Source of the DNA: a virus
Lineage: Duplodnaviria; Caudoviricetes
Virus record (IMG/VR): IMGVR_UViG_3300048855_000201
Coordinates: 1 to 35,881 of that record
Reading direction: 5' to 3' (one strand)
DNA length: 35,881 nt
Shown: positions 7,594 to 15,290 of the stretch, piece after piece
Position numbering within the stretch: the stretch's first letter is position 1
How the letters are laid out: the number at the start of each line of letters is the position of its first letter
Made by a program: the position numbers and the translations under genes
Notes under the pieces: generated by a model
The model's database searches: none
Seen by the model: only the letters and a program-made list of their open reading frames with translations
Told to the model about the DNA's origin: nothing

Positions 7594-7812
7594 CAGGCCT
7601 CAACTCGTCTGATCCAAAAAGGGGTGACGCCACCCCTATTCTTCTACCTACGATAGCGGTCCGATAGCCGCGAGCGCCGCTCTAGATCCCACCCCGCGCT
7701 CAGGCCCGGCCCGGATCTATCCCCACCACGTTCCGGGTCGGGCTTTCGGTGCGCCGTGAGTGCCCCGGCTTCGGCCGGGCCCTTCGCTTCAAGACGCTGC
7801 GGTGCCATTACA

Positions 7813-7829
7813 GATTCTCGACTCGACTC
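7813..7829. promoter_or_regulatory. Second triple GANTC cluster, upstream of DUF3892
   Basis: GATTC-tc-GACTC-GACTC; shares TCGACTCGACTC with 2038-2049. Confidence 0.45.
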
Positions 7830-7878
7830 GTTTGGCTCGACAAGCGACAATCTCCTCATTGCAATAGGAGTTTTTGAA

Positions 7879-8148
7879 ATGGCTGATTATCAGGTGACTT
7901 GCATTCGGCGCGATGGCCGGGATACCGATCGACGCATTGATCGGCTCGGCGGCCCTGGTTGGAATGACTCAATCGACAATGTCATTTCATTCATCAAGGC
8001 CGGTACTCACAGGTTTTGGACCACCGCTAACGGCCAATCCGTCTGGGTAGTTGTCAGACGGCATCCGACATCGGGTCGGGAATATCTGGCAACGGAGAAT
8101 GATGGATATCCACCGAACAATCTGCTGAGCCTGCCAGAGTGCCCATAA
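7879..8148 (+). CDS. DUF3892-family protein (89 aa)
   Basis: Y.VTCI...I..LGG..W......VI..I..G...F....G..V.V.V......YL.T..DG..PNNLLSLPEC; AGGAG RBS. Confidence 0.85.
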   Translation: MADYQVTCIRRDGRDTDRRIDRLGGPGWNDSIDNVISFIKAGTHRFWTTANGQSVWVVVRRHPTSGREYLATENDGYPPNNLLSLPECP

Positions 8149-8299
8149 GCAACGCGGCGGGCGACTTGTAGGCCTTAGGGTCGAGCGCCCAAGCCAGGGC
8201 CTGTTGAGCAGCATAGATCTCCGCGTAACGCTCCCCTGAAGGGTTAGCGCGGAGATCGTTGTTCAGCTTTTCCAGCTCACGGGTGATGAAGCTCATCAT
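8054..8299 (-). CDS. Hypothetical protein (YAAQQALAWALDP motif), convergent with and overlapping DUF3892
   Basis: AGGAG RBS, AT-rich upstream region, protein-like helical N-terminal two-thirds. Confidence 0.65.
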   Translation of the reverse strand: MMSFITRELEKLNNDLRANPSGERYAEIYAAQQALAWALDPKAYKSPAALLMGTLAGSADCSVDIHHSPLPDIPDPMSDAV

Positions 8300-8376
8300 T
8301 CGTCTCCTGACTTATAAGTATGTGACTCAGGGTCAACTTGCCGCCCAATCCTGCTCAGTTTGGGCTCTATTGCCGG

Positions 8377-8553
8377 TCACGCCGCGTTCTTCGGCGCGAA
8401 CCAGGTCGACAGGTACGGCGTCAGCGCGGTGATGGCGATGACGATCACGTAGGCGTACCAGGGCGAGCCTTCCGGCAGCACGATGCCGCCGGCGACACCG
8501 CCACCGACCGCGCCGCCAGCAGCCGCGGCGATGGCCTTGATCTGGGAATTCAT
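8377..8553 (-). CDS. Small 2-TM membrane protein, holin/antiholin-like (58 aa)
   Basis: KAIAAAAGG...VIVIAITALTPYLSTWFAPKN; GAGGAG RBS; last gene of the virion operon. Confidence 0.55.
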   Translation of the reverse strand: MNSQIKAIAAAAGGAVGGGVAGGIVLPEGSPWYAYVIVIAITALTPYLSTWFAPKNAA

Positions 8554-8569
8554 CGTCTCTCTCCTCATG

Positions 8570-8591
8570 AAAAAAAGCCGCTCGAGGCGGC
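8570..8591 (-). terminator. Intrinsic terminator between the two holin-like genes
   Basis: Minus strand GCCGC-CTCGA-GCGGC followed by T7. Confidence 0.6.
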
Positions 8592-8646
8592 CGGGTGGTT
8601 CAGAAGACTCGGAAGGTTCATCTCGTGTCAGGCGCGCGGCCGGGCG

Positions 8647-8967
8647 TTACGACGCCCCGATCTTGCCACGGGCATAACGCGCCACGATTGCGTCGACGCC
8701 TTGGGTTCCGAGCGACCCGAGGAGTGTTGCGACGCCCCACTGGACGAGTTCTGGTGCCCCGAGGTACGAGCCGACAGCGCCGCCCATGATGCCGAAGCCC
8801 AGGATTGACGGGACTTCGAACGCCATCCGGCGCAGTGAGAATGGTTTGCCCGTCACGGCCGCATGCGCATGCCGCATAAAGACGCCGATCCCGGCAGAGA
8901 CCACCGGGCCGATCAGCGGCGCGAGAAATGCAAACGGCCCCGGATCGGGGCCAATGGGATCCGCCAT
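8647..8967 (-). CDS. Phage holin (LydA-like, ~3 TM)
   Basis: Hydrophobic segments, ...GSYLG.......VA.LLG.LG..GVD pattern, basic C-terminus, located after the tailspike; GGAG RBS before ATG 8967. Confidence 0.7.
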   Translation of the reverse strand: MADPIGPDPGPFAFLAPLIGPVVSAGIGVFMRHAHAAVTGKPFSLRRMAFEVPSILGFGIMGGAVGSYLGAPELVQWGVATLLGSLGTQGVDAIVARYARGKIGAS

Positions 8968-9042
8968 GGTGGTCTCCGTTTGTGGGTTGGCGCTCATGCC
9001 GAGCGCAAAACAGTCCGCTCGATCGACGCCGATAGGCCGTCG

Positions 9043-9255
9043 CTACGGAAGCGGTCGCCGATACTCAAACTGGCGCTCGGCCGGACCGTCGACGGGGCCG
9101 ATGTCGAAGGTGATCCACCAATCGGTGCCGTCTGTGACCGGATCAGTGGCACTCAGCACGAACTCGCCAGTCGACTGCGCGTCCGTAACCGCGGCCTCCT
9201 GGGAGGCGCGCATCTGCTCGTCGCTGGCGGCGTAAAAGGCAGGATCGGCCATCAC
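9043..9255 (-). CDS. Small acidic hypothetical protein coupled to the tailspike
   Basis: Start overlaps the tailspike stop codon. Confidence 0.55.
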   Translation of the reverse strand: MMADPAFYAASDEQMRASQEAAVTDAQSTGEFVLSATDPVTDGTDWWITFDIGPVDGPAERQFEYRRPLP

Positions 9256-12200
9256 CCAACCCTCTTGAAGATAACGCTGTTGTAGAACGTCGCTGAAGTA
9301 TCGATCAGCAGTGGATCGGCACCGTCGTGCAGAACCTGCACCGACAGCTTGATGTCAAGATCGAACGGCGCGTTGAAGGTGCCTGTGACATTCTCCCAGG
9401 CCAGCGTGGCTCCATTCCAACGCTTATAGTTGCGCGCAATCGGGTTCCACCAGATCAGCCCCGTCTCGCCCACGCTCGGCAACTGCTCGGGCGCGTTGAC
9501 GCCGATATAGGTGAGATAGACCGACACCGCCGCCGGAAGCGTGAACTGTACCGCCTCGGCGGCTAGCCCCCGCGTGGTGTAGAGATGCCGGCGGCTCGTC
9601 GACCTGTTGGTGGTATCCACGACGCCCGCGGTGTCGATTGACCTCCATTCGCCGACGGCGTCGACCGCGAGCGTGACCCCGGCCGGAATGGTGACGGCCG
9701 GCGCGGTCGGCTTCAGCGTGAAGCCGCCGACCACCTCATAAATGCCCGACAGGTCGACGTTGTAACGCCCGGAGTAGTACGGCAGCGCCGGAAGCGCCGG
9801 CGTGATAATTTCCAGCTTGGATTCAGGGTCGAGAACAGCCGTCCACGGGATTATGGTCGGCGTCGGGCCGTCGGCGATAGATACGATCGCGTCTTGGACC
9901 AGCCGCCCTTGTGCCGCGGTCAGCCCGGGCGACCCGCGCTTCCGGAAAGAACCTTGCGTCCAATCGAACGCCGCGCCGACGTTGTCCTGTGACCGAAAGT
10001 TGGCTGCCTCGATCTCGCGATGCGGCACCGCCGCCTTGTAGATGTCACGGATCTGGCCAGCGCCGGTGTTGACGTCGCGCCCGAAATCATGGAAGAGGAC
10101 GAATTCCTCATTGATGATCACGCGGACCAGCGCGGCGTTTCCGGCAACCGACTCGTTCGGGTCATCCGCTAGCGTCAGCGTGTGGGCGACATTGTCGACG
10201 ACTGTGATGGTCGTTTCCGGCGCGGCCCCGCCCCCGAAGGTGATCGGCACTCCGCTCGCATTTAGGATCTGAATCCGCGCGCCGACAATGAAGGTCGTCG
10301 AGGCCAGGGGAGACGGCACAATGCCGGTGATGACGGGGTCGCCATTGACGACCGTGCAGGCACTGGACGGGACCGACGCGCCTGCGTTCTGCCACCGATG
10401 CGCATTCGACACGATCTCGAATGTCGTGTTCGTCGCTCTGGTATTGCCGGTTTCGAACTTGATGTGGACAAGCGGGATTTGCTCGGTCCACGAGGTCATC
10501 TTCCGCCGGAAAGTGACCCAGGAGTTGAACCGGTTGCCGTCGATCTGCGTCCCGGTCGTGCCGTCAAGCAGGATGTGTGCGTAGTTGTTCGAATCAAATT
10601 CGTTCCGCGCGAACTTCGTGTTGTTCGGCGTCGACCAGGTGCGCCGCGCGTAGGCGCCGGGCCACCAGGTGTTTAGCTCCTCGCACTGCCCGTTCGCGCT
10701 AGGGGCGTTCCCGACAAATGAGTTGGCATTGCCGGAAGTCCAGATGGCGCCCATGGCGCAATTGAGGATGTAATTGCTGGTTGCCTGCCAGCCACTAGAT
10801 GCGAAATGCCCGAGGAAGAGACCAACACCATCGGCACTGAAGATCTGACAATTCTCCATCTTGGTCAGGCCGCAGGTAAAGGTGTCCTCGTTGTCGAAGA
10901 GGTGGTCGTTCTCCTCGTAGTAACCGGAGCCGGGGGTCGTGATGGTCACACCCATCAGGCCCCCGCCAGGAGCCGCGAAGTTGATGGCACCGTTCGTGGC
11001 GGAGCCGGTCGGAGTCTTGGAAATCGTGACTGTCGTGCCCGAGATGTTCGTGACGGTCGTGTTGGCCGGGATGTTGGTGCCGGTGACGATGTTGCCGATC
11101 TGAAGCGGGACCACGTTCGGCACGCCGAAGATCTGGTTCGTCGCGTTGGTGTAGGTCCCGATCGTGTTGTAGTTGGTGTAGACCGTCCCGGCGAAGCCGC
11201 TGCCGCAGCCCTTCACATAGACGGCAGCGCCGTCCGCGAAGCCGGAACCCTGGCGTCGGACCAAAAAGCCGGTAACGGCCCCCGTGCTGGAGTCGATGCG
11301 GGCGAGCAGATCGGCCGGCCGGCCATACTTACTCGCCTTGACCGCAAGAACCTGCGGCTTGTCGTTCGGCCGGTCAACCGCGCCGCCCAGGTTGTTGACG
11401 CTGACGAACTGCGTCGGGCACCAAATGCCATGGCCGCGAACGTTCTGAATTGCGACACGTTGGATGTTCTGCTCAATCCAGTTGCCCAGGTCTAGCGCGC
11501 ACTGCTGGCTCCAGAAGGCATATTTCGGGGTGCTGTCCTCGTTCAGTGGCGTTTCGATCGTGAAGTCCAGCAGGCCGCCACCGGTCATGAAAACGGATGG
11601 CGACGTTCCACGAACCTTCAGGAACGACCGGCCATTGGCGAAGTCGTAGAGGAACACGGTCGAGCCCATGCCGCCGCCCTGGATGTGCGGCCCGTGCTGT
11701 GCCGTGCTCGTCACATAATTGAGCTGCGACGTGATCCGGATGCGCTTGTCGCCGCGGACGGTGATGCGCCCGCCATTGTCGCGCTGATAGTTGAGACAGA
11801 ACTGCACCGCAAAGGTGTCGGCAGTGATGCCATCACCCTTGATGCCGAACCACTCCATCGCGATGTCTTCGCCGCTGACCAGGCGCTTCCACCGCCCCGG
11901 GTCGCCGCCCGCGACGGAGTTCGGCTTGAAGACCGTGCCGCCGTCGTCGGCCTCGGTGCTGTCGTCATCCCACCAGACGTCGGAGCCGCCGTAGTCGCCG
12001 GCCTCGTAATAGCCCGTCAGCACCGTGACAGAGCCGTTATCCAGGCCGCTGAGAGAGCCACCCGGGCCGGTGTAGGCGCGCAGATCCGCGACGCTGTCGA
12101 ACGCGCCGCCGGTGAAGCTGTTGCTGCCGGAAACGGGGTCGGCGGTCCAGACCAGCGTGTCGTCGGCGTTCTTAAGGATGACCTTGTAGCGGCCCTCTTC

Positions 12201-12401
12201 TAAGAAAATGTCGGGAAAGCGCCCGGCGCCGTTGGCCGGCACTGGATTGGGGTTCTCGACGGTCAAGTCGGCGTCGTTGAAGGTGTTCTTCGGCGTGCTC
12301 GTCTCGCTGACGTAGAAGTAGAGCTTCGCGCCAGGCGTGACCTTCCCGCTGCCATCGACGGGGATGAAGAAAGGCGGAACAAAACGGCCTGAAGTGGTCA
12401 T
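9252..12401 (-). CDS. Tailspike/tail fibre with N-terminal head-binding domain and beta-helix (putative polysaccharide depolymerase)
   Basis: N-terminal GAKLYFY..ETSTPK.TF.D..LT..NPNPV..N..GR..IFL..G.YKV; DSVADLR...GYY..GD.GG...DDGGTVF...GRWKR module; WFG.KGDG..ADT.A pectate-lyase-3 entry; Asn-rich rungs. Confidence 0.85.
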   Translation of the reverse strand: MTTSGRFVPPFFIPVDGSGKVTPGAKLYFYVSETSTPKNTFNDADLTVENPNPVPANGAGRFPDIFLEEGRYKVILKNADDTLVWTADPVSGSNSFTGGAFDSVADLRAYTGPGGSLSGLDNGSVTVLTGYYEAGDYGGSDVWWDDDSTEADDGGTVFKPNSVAGGDPGRWKRLVSGEDIAMEWFGIKGDGITADTFAVQFCLNYQRDNGGRITVRGDKRIRITSQLNYVTSTAQHGPHIQGGGMGSTVFLYDFANGRSFLKVRGTSPSVFMTGGGLLDFTIETPLNEDSTPKYAFWSQQCALDLGNWIEQNIQRVAIQNVRGHGIWCPTQFVSVNNLGGAVDRPNDKPQVLAVKASKYGRPADLLARIDSSTGAVTGFLVRRQGSGFADGAAVYVKGCGSGFAGTVYTNYNTIGTYTNATNQIFGVPNVVPLQIGNIVTGTNIPANTTVTNISGTTVTISKTPTGSATNGAINFAAPGGGLMGVTITTPGSGYYEENDHLFDNEDTFTCGLTKMENCQIFSADGVGLFLGHFASSGWQATSNYILNCAMGAIWTSGNANSFVGNAPSANGQCEELNTWWPGAYARRTWSTPNNTKFARNEFDSNNYAHILLDGTTGTQIDGNRFNSWVTFRRKMTSWTEQIPLVHIKFETGNTRATNTTFEIVSNAHRWQNAGASVPSSACTVVNGDPVITGIVPSPLASTTFIVGARIQILNASGVPITFGGGAAPETTITVVDNVAHTLTLADDPNESVAGNAALVRVIINEEFVLFHDFGRDVNTGAGQIRDIYKAAVPHREIEAANFRSQDNVGAAFDWTQGSFRKRGSPGLTAAQGRLVQDAIVSIADGPTPTIIPWTAVLDPESKLEIITPALPALPYYSGRYNVDLSGIYEVVGGFTLKPTAPAVTIPAGVTLAVDAVGEWRSIDTAGVVDTTNRSTSRRHLYTTRGLAAEAVQFTLPAAVSVYLTYIGVNAPEQLPSVGETGLIWWNPIARNYKRWNGATLAWENVTGTFNAPFDLDIKLSVQVLHDGADPLLIDTSATFYNSVIFKRVG

Positions 12402-12414
12402 GGTCGCGGGCTCC

Positions 12415-12442
12415 AAAAGAAAAAGGCACCCGCATGGGTGCC
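12415..12442 (-). terminator. Intrinsic terminator directly upstream of the tailspike RBS
   Basis: Minus strand GGCACCC-ATGC-GGGTGCC-TTTTTCTTTT. Confidence 0.7.
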
Positions 12443-12481
12443 CGCCGTGGTATGATTGCCGCCTTTAAGCGGAGAATTTTG

Positions 12482-12811
12482 ATGCGCCTATTGTGCTTAG
12501 TTGCCGCTGCCGCGCTTTTGGTCGGCTGCCAGACCAGCGATGAACGACAGACTGCTAAATGCGCCGGATACGGTTTCCAGCCAGGTACTCAGCAGTTCGC
12601 TCAGTGCAGGATGGCCGTCGACGCTCAGGAGCAAACAGCGCTCCAGCGTCAGCTTGAGAGTAATGAGGCATCTCGGCTTGCGAATGCGCAGATACGAGCG
12701 CAACGGGACGCTGCTTATTCTCAGAGCCTCGAAAGATCGCTCTTGCGTCAACCACAGTCCACCGCATGCGGGTGGGAATTCGGAAAGTGGGTATGTCGCC
12801 CGAGCTATTGA
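12482..12811 (+). CDS. Lipoprotein moron, antisense to the virion operon
   Basis: Lipobox LLVGC; C..YGF.PGT..FAQC motif; GGAG RBS and TGG-TATGAT extended -10 upstream. Confidence 0.8.
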   Translation: MRLLCLVAAAALLVGCQTSDERQTAKCAGYGFQPGTQQFAQCRMAVDAQEQTALQRQLESNEASRLANAQIRAQRDAAYSQSLERSLLRQPQSTACGWEFGKWVCRPSY

Positions 12812-12837
12812 CGCCACTACACTCACGGACAACGAGA

Positions 12838-12999
12838 ATGCGGACCCGCGCCCTATGGATCTCAGTGTTAGGCTTCGGTTTGGCCTATCTGTCTTTCCTG
12901 GCCTTCGGGCTCGGTTTCCTATGGGGCGTCGGCGTCGGCATCGTCTTCGCCCATATCGTCTTCCGAGCCCAATTTGGCTACTGGTGGAAGTGGGATTAG
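12838..12999 (+). CDS. Small 2-TM membrane protein (53 aa)
   Basis: MRTRALWISVLGFGLAYLSFLAFGLGFLWGVGVGIVFAHIVFRAQFGYWWKWD; fills the gap after the lipoprotein. Confidence 0.6.
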   Translation: MRTRALWISVLGFGLAYLSFLAFGLGFLWGVGVGIVFAHIVFRAQFGYWWKWD

Positions 13000-15290
13000 G
13001 GATTGAAGTACGGAAGCCCAAGCTGCGATAGCGTGCCACCGCCGAGCCCCGCGCCTGAGTAGGGGAGCGGTCGTGGCGTAGCGGTCCCACCGAGCGGCGC
13101 CCGGGCGCCGGCCTTGATGCCCTGACCTATGTTGTAGGTCGCCTTCAACAGTGGCGTGTTCTGCAGGATCAAGCCGGCTTTGCCACCGATCGCCGCGACC
13201 AGTTTGCCGAGCGTGTTCTGCATGATGCTGGCGCCGGCCGAAGCCGTGTTGCTGAAGTTCTGTCCGCCCTTGTTCGTCGTGGTGACGGCGAGCGCGGCGC
13301 GCTTTAGCTGCTGCATCTGCGCGATTTCGTCCGGCTTGAAGAGAATGCGCATCAGCGGGCCGCTACGCTCCAGGGCATTGTCGAGCGCCGTGGCGAGCTT
13401 AGCGCCTGAGAATGCGCGCTCCGTCGTCTTCCCGACATAGCCGCCTTCGGTGCTGCGGAATAGCCGCAGGAAAGCTTCCTCGCGGAGAGAATTCCAGGCT
13501 TCGGAGTCAGCACCGAGGATGCTGCGGAGACGGATCAGGTCGCGCCCGAGGTTCTTGTCGCCCAGTTTCAGGCCGGCTCGGCCGAAGATCTCATTGGCGA
13601 CCTCGCCGGGCGGCACGACAAGCTGCATCTCTCCACTGCGCGGTTCGCGGCTGGTGATGCGCTGCACCAGGTCTTCGCCCTCGAAAAGTCGGCCGAACTC
13701 GGCGCGCATCTTGTTGGCGTCAAGCCAGCGCCCTACCGCCTCCGTATCGCCGCGCACCAGCTCGCGCTCGATGGCGTCCTTCATCTCGTTGTCGAACTGG
13801 CGGACCATGCGGCCGATGGCGGTCGCTTCCGCCGGGTCGGTGGTGGTGCCGCGCAGAGCGGACGCACGCCGGCGCCAATCGAATAGAGACCGCACCGTCA
13901 CGTCAGCATCGCCGCCGGCTGCACTCAGACCGTGCAACTCAACACCCAGCGCTTCCGCCTTCGGGGTGAAGCCCACGAAATCGGCAGCGGCGCCCTGGAC
14001 GCTGTGCGACATGCCGGCGACATTGTCGCGCGGGATGCCAGCCTGCCCCCCGCCCTCGCGGGCGAATTCGTAGGCGTCGTCAACGCCCCGCTTGGCGGCA
14101 TCACGCATCCCCACGATGGCATCGGACGCCAACGCCCCGCCTTGCCCCGGCTCGACTACGGCAAGCACGCCGCTGCCGGACATGCGGCCCTGAACCTGCT
14201 CAACGTTCGACCGGAGCGCCTCTTCCTGCCGGCCGCGCATGCCCTGGATTACGGCGGCGGGACGCTGGCCGAAGCTGCCCTTGAAGGCTTGGTCCTCGAA
14301 CATCTGGTCTTGCGGCAGGCGCGTGATGTCGCCCCGGGTCGCCGGAACGGGCGTCGGGAGAGTCTGCAGATCGGTGAAACGCGCGGCCTCTTCGGCTGAC
14401 AACGACTTCTGCGCCTGTGCCTGGAAGCGCTGCAGCCATTCGGCCGTTACCTGTGATGGGTCGAACCCGGCCTTGCGGAGGGCGGCAATCAACTCGGGAG
14501 CGAGCTGCAGCGTCGTCTGACCGCTGACCCCTGGAACGATCTGTGCGGCGCGCTGGCCGAGCGAGCGGATGATCGTGCTCAGCCCCGCGCCGACACCTTC
14601 GCCAGTGAAGCCCAGCCCCGCGGACAGCAGCGCCTTGTTCATGTCTACCGGCTGCTTGGAACCCGCCGCCTGCGCGGCCAGATCGGTACCGACCGATAGA
14701 CCGCCCTCTGCAGTGCCTACCGCCAGCATGCGTGGCAGAACGCCAGTGACCATCCGACCGGCCGCGGTGCCTACGCCAAGGCCAGCCGCGACATTCGGTG
14801 CGAGCCGTAGGATATCGCCGCTGTCGAGGCCGGGGCGGTTCACATAGAAGTTCCGCCCCTCGATCGACATGATCGGATTGCCGAACTTGTCCTGGCTGAA
14901 TCGCGCGCCGGGATAGTTCTTCTGCAGGATGTCGAAAAACCCGTCGTCGCCACCGAAAGCAGCACCGGTCACGACGGCCGCGCCGCTGCCTTCGGTCGGC
15001 ATCTGCGCGCCGCCGAATCCAGCCACAGAGGGAAAGTCGAACTCGCGCTTCTTGTCGCCGCTGATGCGGTCGGCAAGGCTCTCCTTGCCCTCCGACGTGC
15101 CGACGTTCAGGCCAGGCCGGCCGAAGACGGCGCCAGCGTCCTGTTTCGGCTCCGGAGTGGCCTGAAGGGACGCTGGATGCGAGGGGGTTGCTGGGGTGAC
15201 GATAGGAGCCGACATCCACGCCGGTTGCTCTGTGGCGCTGGGCGCGGCCACAGGAGCATTGCCGACCACCGGAGCGTCTTGCCAGCCCAT
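12996..15290 (-). CDS. Large ejection/DNA-transfer protein (P22 gp16 position)
   Basis: 764 aa, Ala/Gly-rich helical, W..AP.V N-terminal repeats, third of three coupled genes before the tailspike. Confidence 0.65.
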   Translation of the reverse strand: MGWQDAPVVGNAPVAAPSATEQPAWMSAPIVTPATPSHPASLQATPEPKQDAGAVFGRPGLNVGTSEGKESLADRISGDKKREFDFPSVAGFGGAQMPTEGSGAAVVTGAAFGGDDGFFDILQKNYPGARFSQDKFGNPIMSIEGRNFYVNRPGLDSGDILRLAPNVAAGLGVGTAAGRMVTGVLPRMLAVGTAEGGLSVGTDLAAQAAGSKQPVDMNKALLSAGLGFTGEGVGAGLSTIIRSLGQRAAQIVPGVSGQTTLQLAPELIAALRKAGFDPSQVTAEWLQRFQAQAQKSLSAEEAARFTDLQTLPTPVPATRGDITRLPQDQMFEDQAFKGSFGQRPAAVIQGMRGRQEEALRSNVEQVQGRMSGSGVLAVVEPGQGGALASDAIVGMRDAAKRGVDDAYEFAREGGGQAGIPRDNVAGMSHSVQGAAADFVGFTPKAEALGVELHGLSAAGGDADVTVRSLFDWRRRASALRGTTTDPAEATAIGRMVRQFDNEMKDAIERELVRGDTEAVGRWLDANKMRAEFGRLFEGEDLVQRITSREPRSGEMQLVVPPGEVANEIFGRAGLKLGDKNLGRDLIRLRSILGADSEAWNSLREEAFLRLFRSTEGGYVGKTTERAFSGAKLATALDNALERSGPLMRILFKPDEIAQMQQLKRAALAVTTTNKGGQNFSNTASAGASIMQNTLGKLVAAIGGKAGLILQNTPLLKATYNIGQGIKAGARAPLGGTATPRPLPYSGAGLGGGTLSQLGLPYFNP

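Noticed and set aside
9252-12401. Diversity-generating retroelement or invertible tail-fibre cassette
   Set aside because: No reverse transcriptase, no template/variable repeat pair and no inverted alternative C-termini seen; the resolvase is 16 kb away.
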